A DNA stretch of 64,000 bases from the human T2T-CHM13v2.0 reference genome, Homo sapiens, in assembly GCF_009914755.1 (NCBI RefSeq), contig NC_060925.1, one strand, 5' to 3'. The notes under the pieces were generated by a model that saw only the letters and a list, made by a program, of their open reading frames with translations, was not told where the DNA came from and made no database searches. This document shows positions 14,326 through 27,219 of the stretch, in pieces. Position numbers and translations under genes: made by a program. Every line of letters starts with the position of its first letter. The stretch's first letter is position 1.

Positions 14326-15010
14326 ACCAGGCATAGTGGCTTACACCTGTAAGACTAGCACTTTAGGAGGCTGAGGTGGGAGAATCCCTGGTACTCAAGA
14401 GTTCAAGACCAGCCTAGGCAATATCATAGGAAGACTCTGTCTTTACAAGAAAAAAAAAAATTAAAAAGAAAATTAAGCCAGGTGCAGTGACTCACGCCTG
14501 TAATCTCAACACTTTGGAAGGCCAAAGTATGTGGATCACTTGAGGCCAGAAGTTCGAGACCAGCCTGGCCAAAACAATAAAACCCCATCTCTACTAAAAA
14601 TACAAAAATAAGCTGGATATGGTGGCACATGTCTGTGATCCTGGCTACTCAGGAGGCTGAGGCATGAGAATCACTTGAACACGGGGGGCAGAGGTTGCAG
14701 TGAGCCAAGATCATGCCACCGCACTGCAGCCTGGGCAACAGAGCAAGACTGTGTCTCAAAAAAAGAAAGAAAAGGAAAAGAGAGAAGAGAAGAGAAGAAA
14801 AAGAAAAGAGAGAAGAGACAAGAGACAAGACGAGACAAAGAAAATTAGCCAGGCATGGTGGTGCATGCCTGTAGTCTCAGCTACTCAGGAGACTGAGGTG
14901 GGAGGATGACTTGAGCCCTGGAGGTCGAGGCTACAGTGAGCTGTGATATCATCACTGTAATCCAGCCTGAGTAACAGAATGAAACGCTGTCTCATTTAAA
15001 AAAAAAAAAA
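14326..15010 (+). mobile_element. AluJ (outer element), split at its middle A-rich linker by a younger Alu
   Basis: Left arm 14326-14475 and right arm 14848-15010 with J-type 'gaggtgggaggatgacttgagccc..gaggctacagtgagctgtgat'. Confidence 0.88.
14476..14836 (+). mobile_element. AluS (Sz-like) nested in the AluJ, tail evolved into GAAAA/GAGAA/GACAA repeats
   Basis: Full dimer. Exact TSD aaagaaaatta at 14465-14475 and 14837-14847. Confidence 0.9.
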
Positions 15011-15467
15011 GACCATTATCTTAGCTCTGAAGAAAATTTAAATATTGAATAGTAAAGATTTTATTGGCTAAATTTTCTAATAAAAAATATAACAAAAAAA
15101 CAACACTCGTAAATTTGCATAATTTTAAACTATTGCCCATAGTTTCCATTTTATTTTAATTTCAAATTGTCGTATACATTTTCAAGAAAAAAATTTACTC
15201 TGTTTTTTCCTAAAGCTTTGATACATGTTCTGAGTGCACCAGTTGCTTTCATTCTTTGGTACTTTAACATAGGTTTCCATGAAAAGTGCATAACATACAT
15301 GGATGTGAAAAGAGTTTTAATGTACTACCAAGGAATAGGAATACTGATAGATTACTCCTTCAGTCTCATAAAATCCACTTATCCCATGTGGAATAAGCAG
15401 CAATTCCCCTTTATTTTGTTCCATGTAGCTTAAATTCACAGAGGATACTCTGATTTTTGCCCCCCGC

Positions 15468-15742
15468 TTTTTTGTTTTTTTTTTTTTTAGACAGAGTCTC
15501 ACTCTGTCACCCAGGCTGGAGTGCAGTGGCACGACCTTGGCTCACTGCAAGCTCCACCTCAGCCTCCCAAGTAGCTGGGACTACAGGCACCTGCCACCAC
15601 GCCCAGCTAATTTTTGGTATTTTTAGTAGAGACGGGGTTTCACTGTGTTAGCCAGGATGGTCTCTATCTCCTGACTTCGTGATCCGCCCGCCTCGGTCTC
15701 CGAAAGTGCTGGGGTTACAGATGTGAGCCACCTCGCCGGTCC
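15468..15742 (-). mobile_element. AluY with ~25-bp internal deletion
   Basis: Y-type 'caagctcc' and 'ttagccaggatggtctc..cgtgatccg'. TSD gatttttgccc at 15452-15462 and 15743-15753. Confidence 0.9.
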
Positions 15743-16529
15743 GATTTTTGCCCTTTTAACATTGACAACCCACTTGACGGTCTCCACAACAAACTAGGCA
15801 TGTGAAAATAACATAAAACTGACAAACGTGCATTTTCCCAGTTTCTATTTCCATTAATTCAACTTTCTTTCTGTTTATACTGCCCATGCTGTAAAATTAC
15901 TGACCACTCATGTAGGGGTTCTGAATATTTTCATCTGCCCTGCTTTTCTTAGTGACCCAGTTGAACTTTGCTTCAGACACAAGGAAAAATATATGATAGA
16001 GACTCAGGAAGAGATAATGCTTTTGATGATTTCTTTACAGTTTGTTGATTGTCTTCAAATTGAGGGCTCCAATGAGAGCCAGACAATCAATGATTCTAAC
16101 TATGCTGTTAACTCCAAGCTCTATAACCTTATAAAAACTCAATAAACTCTCTTGGCTTCTGGTTATTCATCTTTGGTAAAAGGCATTTATAATAAATGTT
16201 CTCAATTTTATAGGAATTCTAACTCTCCTGTATTTAAAACTAGTTATTTTTATAAATTAATATGTATCTAATTTTTTGAGGTGCACTCTGAATTGTCAGG
16301 ATTTCTGCTTTTTCAATTTAAATAAATCTTTACCTTTTTATTTAACAGCAGTATAAAACAATTTGAGTAGAGCAGCTTTTCAATTAATATATACAGTGAA
16401 GATAATAAGATGTTTGTTTCTAACAATGTATTGGTGATAGATTAACTATTGCGTAGCATGAATTTAAGGCCTTGAAAAGCAACGTCAGAATATAAATGTG
16501 TTTTGGTGGGAAGTGACTATGTTGTTTAA

Positions 16530-16890
16530 ATAGTTTGAAGAATATAAAGACTGGAAAACATACAGGACCAGCTGGTCAGTTGAAGATTATAGCAATAATC
16601 CTCCAGCAGATGATTAGACCCTGGACTGAGATGGAGAATGGAATTTATCATGGACTTATGCATCTGAACTATTGCAATGAAGCAGAGAGAAGCAATACAA
16701 AAATCTAATAGGATTTTCAGCTTCATATAGCAAATGGAAGAGGTGGGGAGTTGGTAAAAAAAAAACTGTTTATAGAAAAAAAAGTAATGTGGTCATAGGT
16801 ATAATCTAAAATGAAAATGAGAAAATCAAACAGGATAATTATTTTTAAAGTGCTAATTTAGACTTGTATATGTGTAGGTGCAGGCAGCTG
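16530..16890 (-). mobile_element. L2 fragment
   Basis: 'gaagattatagcaataatcctccagcagatga..ctggactgagatgg' resembles the L2 3' region. Confidence 0.45.
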
Positions 16891-18065
16891 TCATTCTGTA
16901 ATTTCCTGCTAGATCTCCTTATACACTCAATTTTATATTATGATTGTCTCTTATAACATCTATAAATGTATCTTTATCTTAAAATCCTTAAAGATTAAAG
17001 AGAAAATGAGGTGACTGGCTGTGGTCAAAATCAATCAATTTATTAATCAACACACTTTCCTTTAGATTTGATTAGACTGCTTAGAAATAAAATGCTTTGT
17101 TTTTAAGGAGTAGATATTTGTTTTAATGCTAATGATACAACTGATATTTAGAGAAATTAATTCAAAATTTAAGAAAAATGCAAGTTATATATCTTATGCC
17201 TTTAAATGTTTTAATATTTAGTGTAAAGAAGGCAAGTTCTATACTTTATGCTACTCATATCTGAACCCTTAAACTTCATTTAAAAGTAACTACATGCCAC
17301 AGAATTTCAAATGGCCTTTCTCATCACAGTATGGTTATTTTAAAAATTCAATTTGTGTTAACATTATAGTAACTGAATTTAAACTGTCAGGGCTTTATAA
17401 AATGTACATTTCTCAGAGTGTTAATTTTATCTGAGAAAGACAGAGTGTATCACCATTAAGTCAATGATCAGATATGGAATTAAATTCAATTACATTTCAA
17501 AACAAAATACCAACCAGATTTCAAGATAATTGAATTAAAGTGTTATGGCTTTAAATTTGAGAAATATGTTATTTAAAATGCTTTGCACAGTCAAGTATAC
17601 TTGCATATAAATGCACAAACATCAGACAGGTTTTTTTTTTTTTTTTTGCATCAAGTTCAGTCAGCCAAATGTGCAGTATAAACAGATATATCAATTCAAA
17701 ATTAGGCAAGTATAGTCAGGCTAATTTTGTCATTTCTGATAAAATCAATCAGCCTAGTCAATCAAAATAATTTATTTTATTTGTAATCTGTATACACATA
17801 GACTCTGAAAATAACATAGCATATAATTTTAGACTTAATTATGAAAAATAGGTTAATTTATTATTTCTTGACAATTTTGAAATAGGGATGAGTAAATTTA
17901 ATGATGTAAAGCATTATTAACATATTTTTCAAAAAATGTTTGAATAGGAAGTGGGCTTTTTCATTTAACAAACTGATTAAAATAATTTAGATTACAAAAT
18001 TATTTGTGCTGTGATCCAGCTGTCTAGATCTCAGTAACTTGTTCTCTGTGCTGTGCATCTCAACA

Positions 18066-18230
18066 AGGGAAAGAAAAGAAGGAAGGAAGCAAGGAAGGAA
18101 GGAGAAAGAAAGAGGAAACAAAGAAAAGAAAGAAAGAAAAAAAAAAGAAAAAAAGAAAGAAACAAAGAAAGGGAAATAGAGAGGAAGGAAGGAAGGAAGG
18201 GAGGGAGGGAGGGAAGGAGGGAAAGAAAGG
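18066..18230. repeat. Polypurine (GAAA/GGAA/GGGA)n low-complexity tract
   Basis: ~165 bp, almost entirely purine on the plus strand. Confidence 0.92.
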
Positions 18231-19099
18231 CTTGAATCAATCCTGAAAAGATGACATCTGATTATTGATTCTTTGAAGTCCTCAACTTACAACTTCACTC
18301 AAGGTAACTCTGGAGAGGCAGAGGCAATGTACGTAAACTGGAACTCTGTAGTCTGAGAAATGTACTCTGCTGAGAAATGGGGAAGAGGAGAATAGATAAA
18401 GTGTTTGACATGGTTGACTGTGGACTCAGATTTCTTATCTGAAAATACCTATGAGTCAGCTTCTGAAAGGCCTGTCCCAGCACACTTGTGGGATAATGAG
18501 AAGGCTTCCTTGCTCTCTGACCCTTAAGAACAAAGAAGCAATCTGCATTTGCAGGTGAAGTTGTTCCTAGACAGAATGGTAGGAAGAAGTCTCTTCTTGC
18601 ATTGGAGTAACGTGGCTATCCAGAAGAGAGTTTTTTTCTGTGTATGTGTGTTTATAGAAATTCCTTAAGAGCAGAAACTACTATTCCATTTAATAGCATT
18701 TGCATGTAATAGTACCTCAAGCAAAAGTGATTTCTGGGATACAGGGAAGATATATGAAGGAAAAGGAAAATAATTTTAAGAAGTGAGTCAGGGTTCAAAA
18801 GCTGATGGCAGCATTGAAGCCTTGAACATATACCTCCTGTTGAAGTGACACTAAAAGACAAATCAGCTAAAAGAATGAGCAATAAAATAGCAAAACCCAT
18901 TGGAAAATTCAGCTGGAGTATACACATATGTGCATACACACACATAAACAACAAAGATAGAAAAATTTTATAATGAAAACCACATTTCATATATAAAAAT
19001 TTATTAGGTACATTGAAAAAAGTAATATTTACTTTTGAAAATAACTGCTTTTAAAATAAAGAAATATGTAATGATAATAAATGAAAATAAAACAAGATA

Positions 19100-19400
19100 A
19101 AAAAATGAAATAAAATATTAAGAGATATGAATGAAAGGTAGAAGAGACATAAGATGAATAATAAAAGTTCCAGAAAAAGAAACATGGAATGATATGAGGA
19201 AATAACAAAAGCCATAATAGAAACAAATTTCTTTCACCTGAAGAAAGATTTGAATGTGCCCATTGAAATGTTCATGGTAATCCAGTGAAAATAATTTAAA
19301 AGAAAAAATTAGACAAATACTGGTAAAATCCTTAACTTTCAAAGAGAAAGAAAAAAGTCACAAAGTTCAAGATATACAGAGACAATTTGTCATGAAACTT
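19100..19400 (+). mobile_element. Ancient L1M/HAL1 ORF1-like fragment
   Basis: 'ctgaagaaagatttgaatgtgcccattgaaa..agacaaatactggtaaaatccttaactttcaaagagaaagaaaaa' resembles the ORF1p RRM region. Confidence 0.55.
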
Positions 19401-19508
19401 TACCTGATTTAGAAATTTGGCATTAACACTGCTAACACAGTACATAAGTCAAAAATTACAGTGTTAAAATTATCTTGAAGTTTACTATATTGGCTTATGT
19501 TTCATGGC

Positions 19509-20059
19509 TGTGATGGGTACTATTGAGTGTCAACTTGATTGGATTGAAGGATGCAAAGTATTATTCTTGGGTGTGTCTGAGAGGATGTTGCCAAAGGAGA
19601 TTAACATTTGAGTCAGTGGGCTGGGAAAAGCAGATCCACCCTCAATCTGGGTGGGCACCATCTAATCAGCTGCCAGTGCAGCAAGGATGAAAGAGATAAG
19701 AATGAAAGATATGAATGAACGTATCTTTCAGAGAAATATTGAAGGAGTAAACTGGGTCTTCCAGCCTACATCTTTCTCCCATGCTGGATGCTTCCTAACC
19801 TCAACATTGGACTCCAAGTTCTTCAGCTTTGGGACTCCAGGACTCTTTGGGACTCTTCAACCACAGACTGAAGGCTGCACTGTCGGCTTCCCTATTTTTG
19901 AGGTTTTGGGACTCAAACTGGCTTTCTTGCTCCTCAGCTTGCAGACGGCCTATTGTGGGACTTCACCTTGTGATCATGTGAGTCAATACTCCTTAATAAA
20001 CTCCCTTTTATATATACATTTATTCTATTAATTCTGTTCCACTAGAGAACCCTAGTATA
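19509..20059 (+). mobile_element. MLT2A2-like (HERV-L) solo LTR
   Basis: Start 'tgtgatgg..tgagtgtcaacttgattggattgaaggatgcaaagtatt', end 'ttaataaactccc..ctagagaaccct'. About 550 bp. Possible 5-bp TSD atggc/atgac. Confidence 0.88.
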
Positions 20060-20599
20060 ATGACAATAGAAATATGCATATGCATATTTCTGTAGAAACT
20101 ATGTATTTTTAATATAATTACACTTGGCTTAGCAAGATGCCCAAGTTAAGTTTGATGCATCTGGATGTTTCTGGAGGAAGCATATGATGCATTTTTATGT
20201 CTTCTAAATTTATATAATATGGTAATAATTCAGGTTTTAATTCATTTATGACAAACGTTTAAATTTGTGAGCTAAGAAAAATTTACAAGTAGCAAATTAA
20301 AAAAATACATTTTCATCTTTTGTATCTTTTCCATAATACTTTGAAAACATACCAATTAACTAATAAATCTTTTTATTATTTTACCACATTAAAAAAGAGT
20401 TATTGTCTTCAAATATTCCCATTCCAGCAAAATAAATCACGTATACTAAATAACCCATTGATTTTTCCACTCTAATGGTTATGCATAAATCTCACAATAG
20501 GCCAAACTGCTTGCAGTTCTGTATTGTTCAAGATACAGACATTTGTACTCTCTCTATCTAATTATTTTCCATAGCCAAAGTAACAGCCTCCTTACGTTT

Positions 20600-21700
20600 C
20601 CATGTAACACTCCAATAATGGTGGTCAATAATTTGATAAGAATGTGTTTTAAAGATTTTTACATTTTTTAATGTTTACATTTTGGTGGTGATTTTACGAT
20701 TGTGATTGTCCTTGGGAGTCATAGACTTTCTTCAATCTACGGCTTTGTACTTTTTGTCAGATTTAGAAAAGTTTTAGCTACTCCTTTCCAATATTTATTC
20801 TTCTACCTTTTTCATCCTGGACATCTGCTTTAATATCCTTTTCCATTAGTTCCAGGATATCTCTGAAGGTTGAGTCTGTTTCCATGGGCTGGATCACATA
20901 TCTCTGGTTATTTGCCTATGCAGTAATTTTAAAATCAGATATTCAGTATTGTGATACTATATTCTTATATTTCTATTTTTTCTTTTTTTTTTTTTTTGTC
21001 TCTAGAAGGTGGGAAGCTTTATTTTGACAAGCATTTACATTGCTTTGAAATTATTTTTAATCCTTTCGAGATTTCCTCTGAAACTTTGCTATTCTAGTTC
21101 TAGAGAAACCTTCACTACATGTATAGCTCATCTCTACCACTTAAGTGTCACAACTCTGGAGTCTAAATGTCTGAGTGACTGATTGATGACTATCAACTCT
21201 GCCTGATTGTAGCTTAAATGTGCCTTCTCTCCCTCCTTATTTGAACTCCAAGAATTATTGAGGTTGCCAGTTCTCCCCCACGACCCGCCATGTTTTAAAC
21301 GTGGTTTGTGGAATTTCTGTCTGTACCTGCACATTCTAGTGATCAGCAAACACTCAAGGGGGTGCCTAAGCAGACATCTGTAGCTCATTCTCTATGTCCT
21401 TCTTCCTATAACCCTGGTTTACCATTCGAGGCATCTTAGCTTCGTATTCTGATCTCCGTGTCTATTTAGTGACGCCATTGTGCTCTGTGGCTCCCCTGAC
21501 ACTGATTGGAAATCGCCTCCAGACAAAAGATAATTGCACTGCTCAACTATTTTGTTCCTCTCAAGGATCTAATTCCTCTGCAGGCTTACTGTTAAGTGTG
21601 TGAAAGGACTTGTTTCCTATATTTTGTTGAGCTTTTAATTTTTATTGTTGGAGGTTAAAATCCAGTTTTTGTAACTTCGTCATGACTGAAAGTGGAACTC
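20600..21700 (-). mobile_element. Old L1M (L1MC/MD/ME-type) 5'UTR/ORF1 fragments
   Basis: 'gactttcttcaatctacggcttt..tcagatttagaaaagttttagc' resembles antisense L1 ORF1. A 5'UTR-like block follows. Confidence 0.55.
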
Positions 21701-22107
21701 CAGGTATTATAATTTTTAAGTTTTCACAAATTTGAATGGAAAACAGTATTCTTTTATATTCCTAGTTACCATTTAAATTCCTTCATTTTTTATTGTCAGT
21801 TCATAGTATTTGTATTGAATTTTCTTACTGATTTATATGAAATTTTGTAGATATGTTTCAAGTTTTTGTCATATATGGAACATATTTTCCTTTGGTATTT
21901 CCTTAAATTTTGCTCAAGTTTTGGGTTGTTTTATATGCAAACCTTTAAAAATTTTATTACTCAAATTTATCAGTTTTTATTTTGGAGTTTACCTATTTAA
22001 AAGGCTAAATCCTAAAGTAACTAAATGTAAATACAATTGTATTCTAGTTCATATTTAAATATGTGACTTACTTATTATTTATTTTGGTGTACAGTGTAGG
22101 AAGTGAT

Positions 22108-22455
22108 AGGTATAGCTATCCATCAACAATCCACGTCACAAATCCTCTATTTCCCTGCCAGTATTATAGCTGATTTGCATATGTGTTAGATTATATGACT
22201 ACATTTCGCTGATGGAATTTAAGTGAAAATATTGTGTGTTACCTTCAATCCACAGTTTTGGTGGTTTGCCCTTTATCTCGCTGTTTTCTATTTTAACTGA
22301 GTATAGAACAGTTCAAATTCCTTGGGTATGGGAGAGGTTAAAATAGATAGAGTCTGAAAGAAAGCTGCTCTCTGATGAGGAAAAATTTTGTGGGTTATTA
22401 CACAGGTCATTATACTTTCATAGTATGTGTACTATAGCAATTAGCATAGCTAATA
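22108..22455. mobile_element. Old MaLR LTR (MLT1H-K-like)
   Basis: 'atttccctgcc..tatgactacatttcgctgatggaatttaagtgaaa..tgtgtgttacc' resembles an old MLT1 motif. Confidence 0.45.
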
Positions 22456-24482
22456 ATGAGATTAATAAAAATAGGATTATCATATTTTTTAAACAGTTAC
22501 TTGTTTCAATACCATTTATTGAATGGTTCATTCACCTACTTAATCATAATGGTGTTATCAGTTTTCCAGGCAATTACTCTCTTGTAACATAATTTATTGA
22601 GTGATTAATCTGTCCCCTATTTTGAAATACTTTTTTCACAAAATAACTTTTCTTTCATAGTGAGATTTCATTAAATTTTTATGTACATTATTCCATTTAT
22701 CCATCAGTTTTTCTTTCAGATATATACTATGTTTAGCATCGTGCTTACTTAATAGCCTTTAATATTTGTAAAGATAAGTTTGCTTTAACATTTAATTTTT
22801 TTCTTACCTGTAATATTTCTTTATTTTTCTAGATGATTTGGGAATTTAAAGCAATTAAAAAAACAGCATATCAGTTGAAATTGTGTTTAATTTATAAATT
22901 AATTGTGTGGAAACTTTTATGATTGAAACATATCTCTTTTCAGGAACATATTATCTTTGCCATTTATTTAGGTCTCCTTTTAATTTCTTTTGTGACATAG
23001 CCTCAATTATATAATTTTATGTAAAATAGTTGGAGATCACAATACTGAGGTTCAGAAAGAAAATGGCATAATATTAATGGCCATAAAAAAGTTTATTACA
23101 GTTTTTATTCGGATGAATGTAACTGAACACAGAACATCAAGGCCTCACATATCCGTGGGACAAATAGTGTATCATATTTGTACACTCCTGTTCTTTATGG
23201 AAGAAGACTGTAAACAATTCTTGGATCAGTGTGGACAATGTGCTTCACTCAGCATGCTTCCTATGATCAGAGAATAAGCAACATCATTTATTTCCATTTT
23301 GGAGGAAATATTATTCAGTGACCTACACCATAATCAAAGATCTAGGTATAAATTATAAGAATATCTGACTTCAATTATATTAACTTACTTACAGTACTCA
23401 ATCCAAAAGCATCTTTGACTTTCCTTTGTTGTGCAACATTAAAAGTAAGCATTCCTTTATACTCATTACTTATTTATCCTCAAATTTTATGTTGTCTAAA
23501 CATGTTCTCTAAGGCTGTCAAATACAAGTACAAGGCACATATATTTATTATTTGTGCCTTGTACTTGTACCTCAGTAGTTCTAGGTATGAATGTCCTAAT
23601 TGCCTCAACTATATATACACCTTTGTGTCCTGCAAATCTTTCCAACTCCTTATTCCAAAGAGAACTCAACTTGACTCCCTGACACATACCTTTTGTCTCC
23701 TGGTTCTTTTCTAACAGAATCAACAGTATTTCATGGTATCAAATACAACATATAAAAATTGCTGTAACTCTGCTGCTTTTCTCATTCCCAGATTTCATGG
23801 CTAATATTTCAAATCAATTCCACTTCATTATCTTTCAAATTTATCTTCCTTTCATTGATTTTATTTCATCAGGTTAGATATTTATTGCCTTTTATTTGAT
23901 CATCTCTAATAAGTTCTAAATGGTCTCAACGCTAAATGGTCTCAATGACTCCAGGCTTTCCCTGCAAACATTTTTTTCCCCTCTGAAACATCATTATATT
24001 CAAATACACTTTTAATTGCTCCCAAAGGCTCTCATTCATTGGCTCTAACGTCTTCTTCCTGTTGAATCCCATATCCTCATGTTAATCTATATTAATACAC
24101 ACTTTACCCCTTACATGGCTCAAATTTATAATACTGGTGATAATGCACAAGCTTTTCCTTTGGCCTGAAATATCTGATAATGTAAAATATTTTACTTTTA
24201 CTTTTTCTCATAATTTGGGCTTAATAGTTTTAGTTATCTGATCTCCATTGATTACTAGGGTGTGTTCTTTCAGTTGCCAATTGCAAAATCATAATTTGAT
24301 ACTGGTAAAAAGAAATATTATTATAATATAAAAATTTATTTTCTTCTTCATGAGGATGCAAAAATCTATTTTCCTTTTCTCCTTTGCAGTTGAGCCAGAT
24401 GTATGGTCTGGGTCAAAACAATCTAGGAATAAACTGAAAATATGTGCATCATTTCTAAGAGTGGTTTAAAAACAGATGGAAG

Positions 24483-24736
24483 TGCCAGGCGTGGTGGCTT
24501 ATGCCTGTAATCCCAGCACTTTGGGAGGCCGAGGCAGGTGGATCATGAGATCAGGAGTTCGAGACCAGCCTGACCAATATGATGAAACCCCGTCTCTACT
24601 AAAAATACAAAAATTAGCCGGGTATGGTGGTGAGTGCCTGTAATCCCAGCTACTCAGGAGGCTGAGGCAGGAGAATTGCTTGGAGCCCGGGTGACAGAGC
24701 AAAAGCGAGACTCCGTCTCAAAAAAAAAAAAAAAAC
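24483..24736 (+). mobile_element. AluSg-like element with ~50-bp deletion in the right arm, inserted in an old MLT1-like LTR (~24330-24880)
   Basis: 'ggatcatgagatcaggagttcg'. The right arm jumps from 'ttgcttg' to 'agcccgggtgacagagc'. TSD aacagatggaag at 24471-24482 and 24737-24748. Confidence 0.9.
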
Positions 24737-25899
24737 AACAGATGGAAGCAATCAAGTTTTCTTCTTATTTGTTATGTGATCATGAATGACACCTATTCAA
24801 GATGGCATTGCTACAAATGGAGGAGAGTAGCTTTACTCTCATCAGATATGTCAAGAAAAATGAACTTTCTTTGAGTAAAAAATATCATGTCCTTTTCCCT
24901 TTGCCATATTTAGGCTTCCCTCCCCCCATATCTCAAACTGCTAATTTACACAAAAATTCCATTTTCAGACATGTCTAAATTATCTACCTTATTATATACT
25001 TAACAAAAAAGTGTGACAAATTTTTAATAAGTTTTCTGTATAAAAATGTTTGAAAGTTGACAATCTGTAAAAACTGACTTACTGAAGTTTTAAGATTTTA
25101 GTGTACAACACTTGATATTTTAAAAATATGTTTTATTTCTCTAATTGAGGCTTCTGCAAAACTGTATTTAAAGAGATTTCTTAGTACAAGTGTTGAGTGA
25201 AGTAAATTTTAACAAATTTTTTGAACTAAAATTTTCTTTCATAAATTATATGTTTCTTTTCTCTTCCCTAAGTTAGCTTTTCACTTATCTATAAATATTT
25301 CTTTTTAGACAAAAGGTGTGAATTACGTTTTAGAAATTTGTTTTTAGTACTAGATATTTCATCTCATTAACTATGTGTTCCTCTTATCTCAAGTTTAACT
25401 CTGCACTTACCTACATATATTCCAAATTTAGACAAACTTTCCTGGTGGTAACATTCAGGTGAATCTTAATAACATTTTTCATGAACAACCTATTATACCA
25501 GATTTGACAAAAAACATTATAGCTTTAATTCTAGAAATCATAATCAAAGTTATTTCCATTTTGTTAGTAGTATTACTCATCATAGAGAGAAATCAAAGCT
25601 ATTTTTGAATTTCTAATATTCTGGAATACTAATGCTTATGTTTAATTTTGTTTAGAGTGATCTATATAAGAGAACTTCAAGATATTACTTAATTATACTT
25701 GTGTGGGATTAGCTGTAATAATCATGTAAAATACCATTAACTTTCAAAATGTGTACAATGCATTTTTCCCCAGCTATGCCTGTTTATTTTTAAAATATGA
25801 TTATATTTCTATAGAAAATAAAGTAGCATGGTAATCATTTTTGTTCAACTAAAACATGAAATTGCAATTATTTTAAATATTCTAATTTTTCTCATTGGT

Positions 25900-27190
25900 T
25901 CTAATCCAAATTTTCTTTATTTTTCTGAATACTCTAGAACTTGCAGTGTACGCTGTTATCATGATCTGCCTTGAATTAATATTATATCACTTTACATGTA
26001 AAAAGCTTAAAAACATGTTTGCATTTTTTTCTCCCATTTTATCCTGTTATTGCTACATATTTTACTTAAATATATAATATAAAAAATATTTTTTGAAGAA
26101 ATAAAAAAAGACGTATTTTATCTCCATGTATACCATTTTCAGCAATCTCCATTCTTTTGTATGTATTCAAGTTTTCTTCTAGTATCATCTTTTTACATTT
26201 TAACAGACTTCATTTAGCATTTTTTTAATAAGGCTGACTTTGTGCTAACAAATACTTCCAGATTTTATCTAAAATTTTTTTTTCATCTTAAAGGATATTT
26301 TTAGTGGATTTATAGTTATGTCTGTCTGTCTATCTATCTTAGTACTCTAAAAAATAGCATTCTAATGTCTTAGGGTTTTTGTTTTTCTACCTTTTCTGAT
26401 GAGAAGCCATTAGTTATTCTGAACATTAATTCTCATGTAGAGTGCAACCTCCCCTGCTGGTTGTTTTTAATAGTTTTTCGTTGTAATTTGATGCTAAAAT
26501 GCCTTACTTGGGGGATTCGTGGGAATTCTTGAATCTGTGAATTTATAGTTTTCATTTTAAGTTTGAAAATAATCAGCCAGTATATCTCCATATATTTGCA
26601 ATTCAATCTTCCCCTTATTTACTTCTGAGATTATATTTATGTATATATTAATATGAAATATTATACCAGAGGTTGCTAATGTTTAAACAAATTTTCTATG
26701 TTTTAAGTCATTTTTCTCTTTTTATGTTCACCTGTTCATTACCTCTATTTTCAACAATATCCAATATGATGTGAAACCATCTATTGGACACTTTGTTTCA
26801 GATATTGAATTTTCTATTCTAGAATTTTATGTTTGTTTTTATCTATAACCTTCATTTTTCTTGTAGAAGTTCTTATATGTTCACTCATTATGTATATATT
26901 TTTGTTTAAATCTCTAAACCTATGCATAGTAGATGTTTAAAAGTTCTGGCTTTGGAATTTTCAACATCTCAGTCACCTCAATGCTTGTTTCTACTGACTG
27001 TTTTGTCTCATCTCCCCCACCACATCTCATTCTTTATTGTTTGTTTTGGGTTTTATTTATTTGTTTTTGCCACTTAACATTCCTGCTTTTTTTGCATGTT
27101 TTAAAAATCTATATTATGTACATCATATTGTTATGACATTGAAAGTGAATTTTATCATCTTCCTTCAAAAAGTGTTGATTTTTTTGGGTG
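25900..27190 (-). mobile_element. Old L1M ORF1/intergenic fragments
   Basis: 'ttctgatgagaagcc' and 'ggggattcgtgggaattcttgaatctgtgaatttatagttttcat..tttgaaaataatcagcc' resemble antisense L1 ORF1. Confidence 0.65.
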
Positions 27191-27219
27191 AGTGGGGGGA
27201 AGCTAACAGCCTTTTTAAA

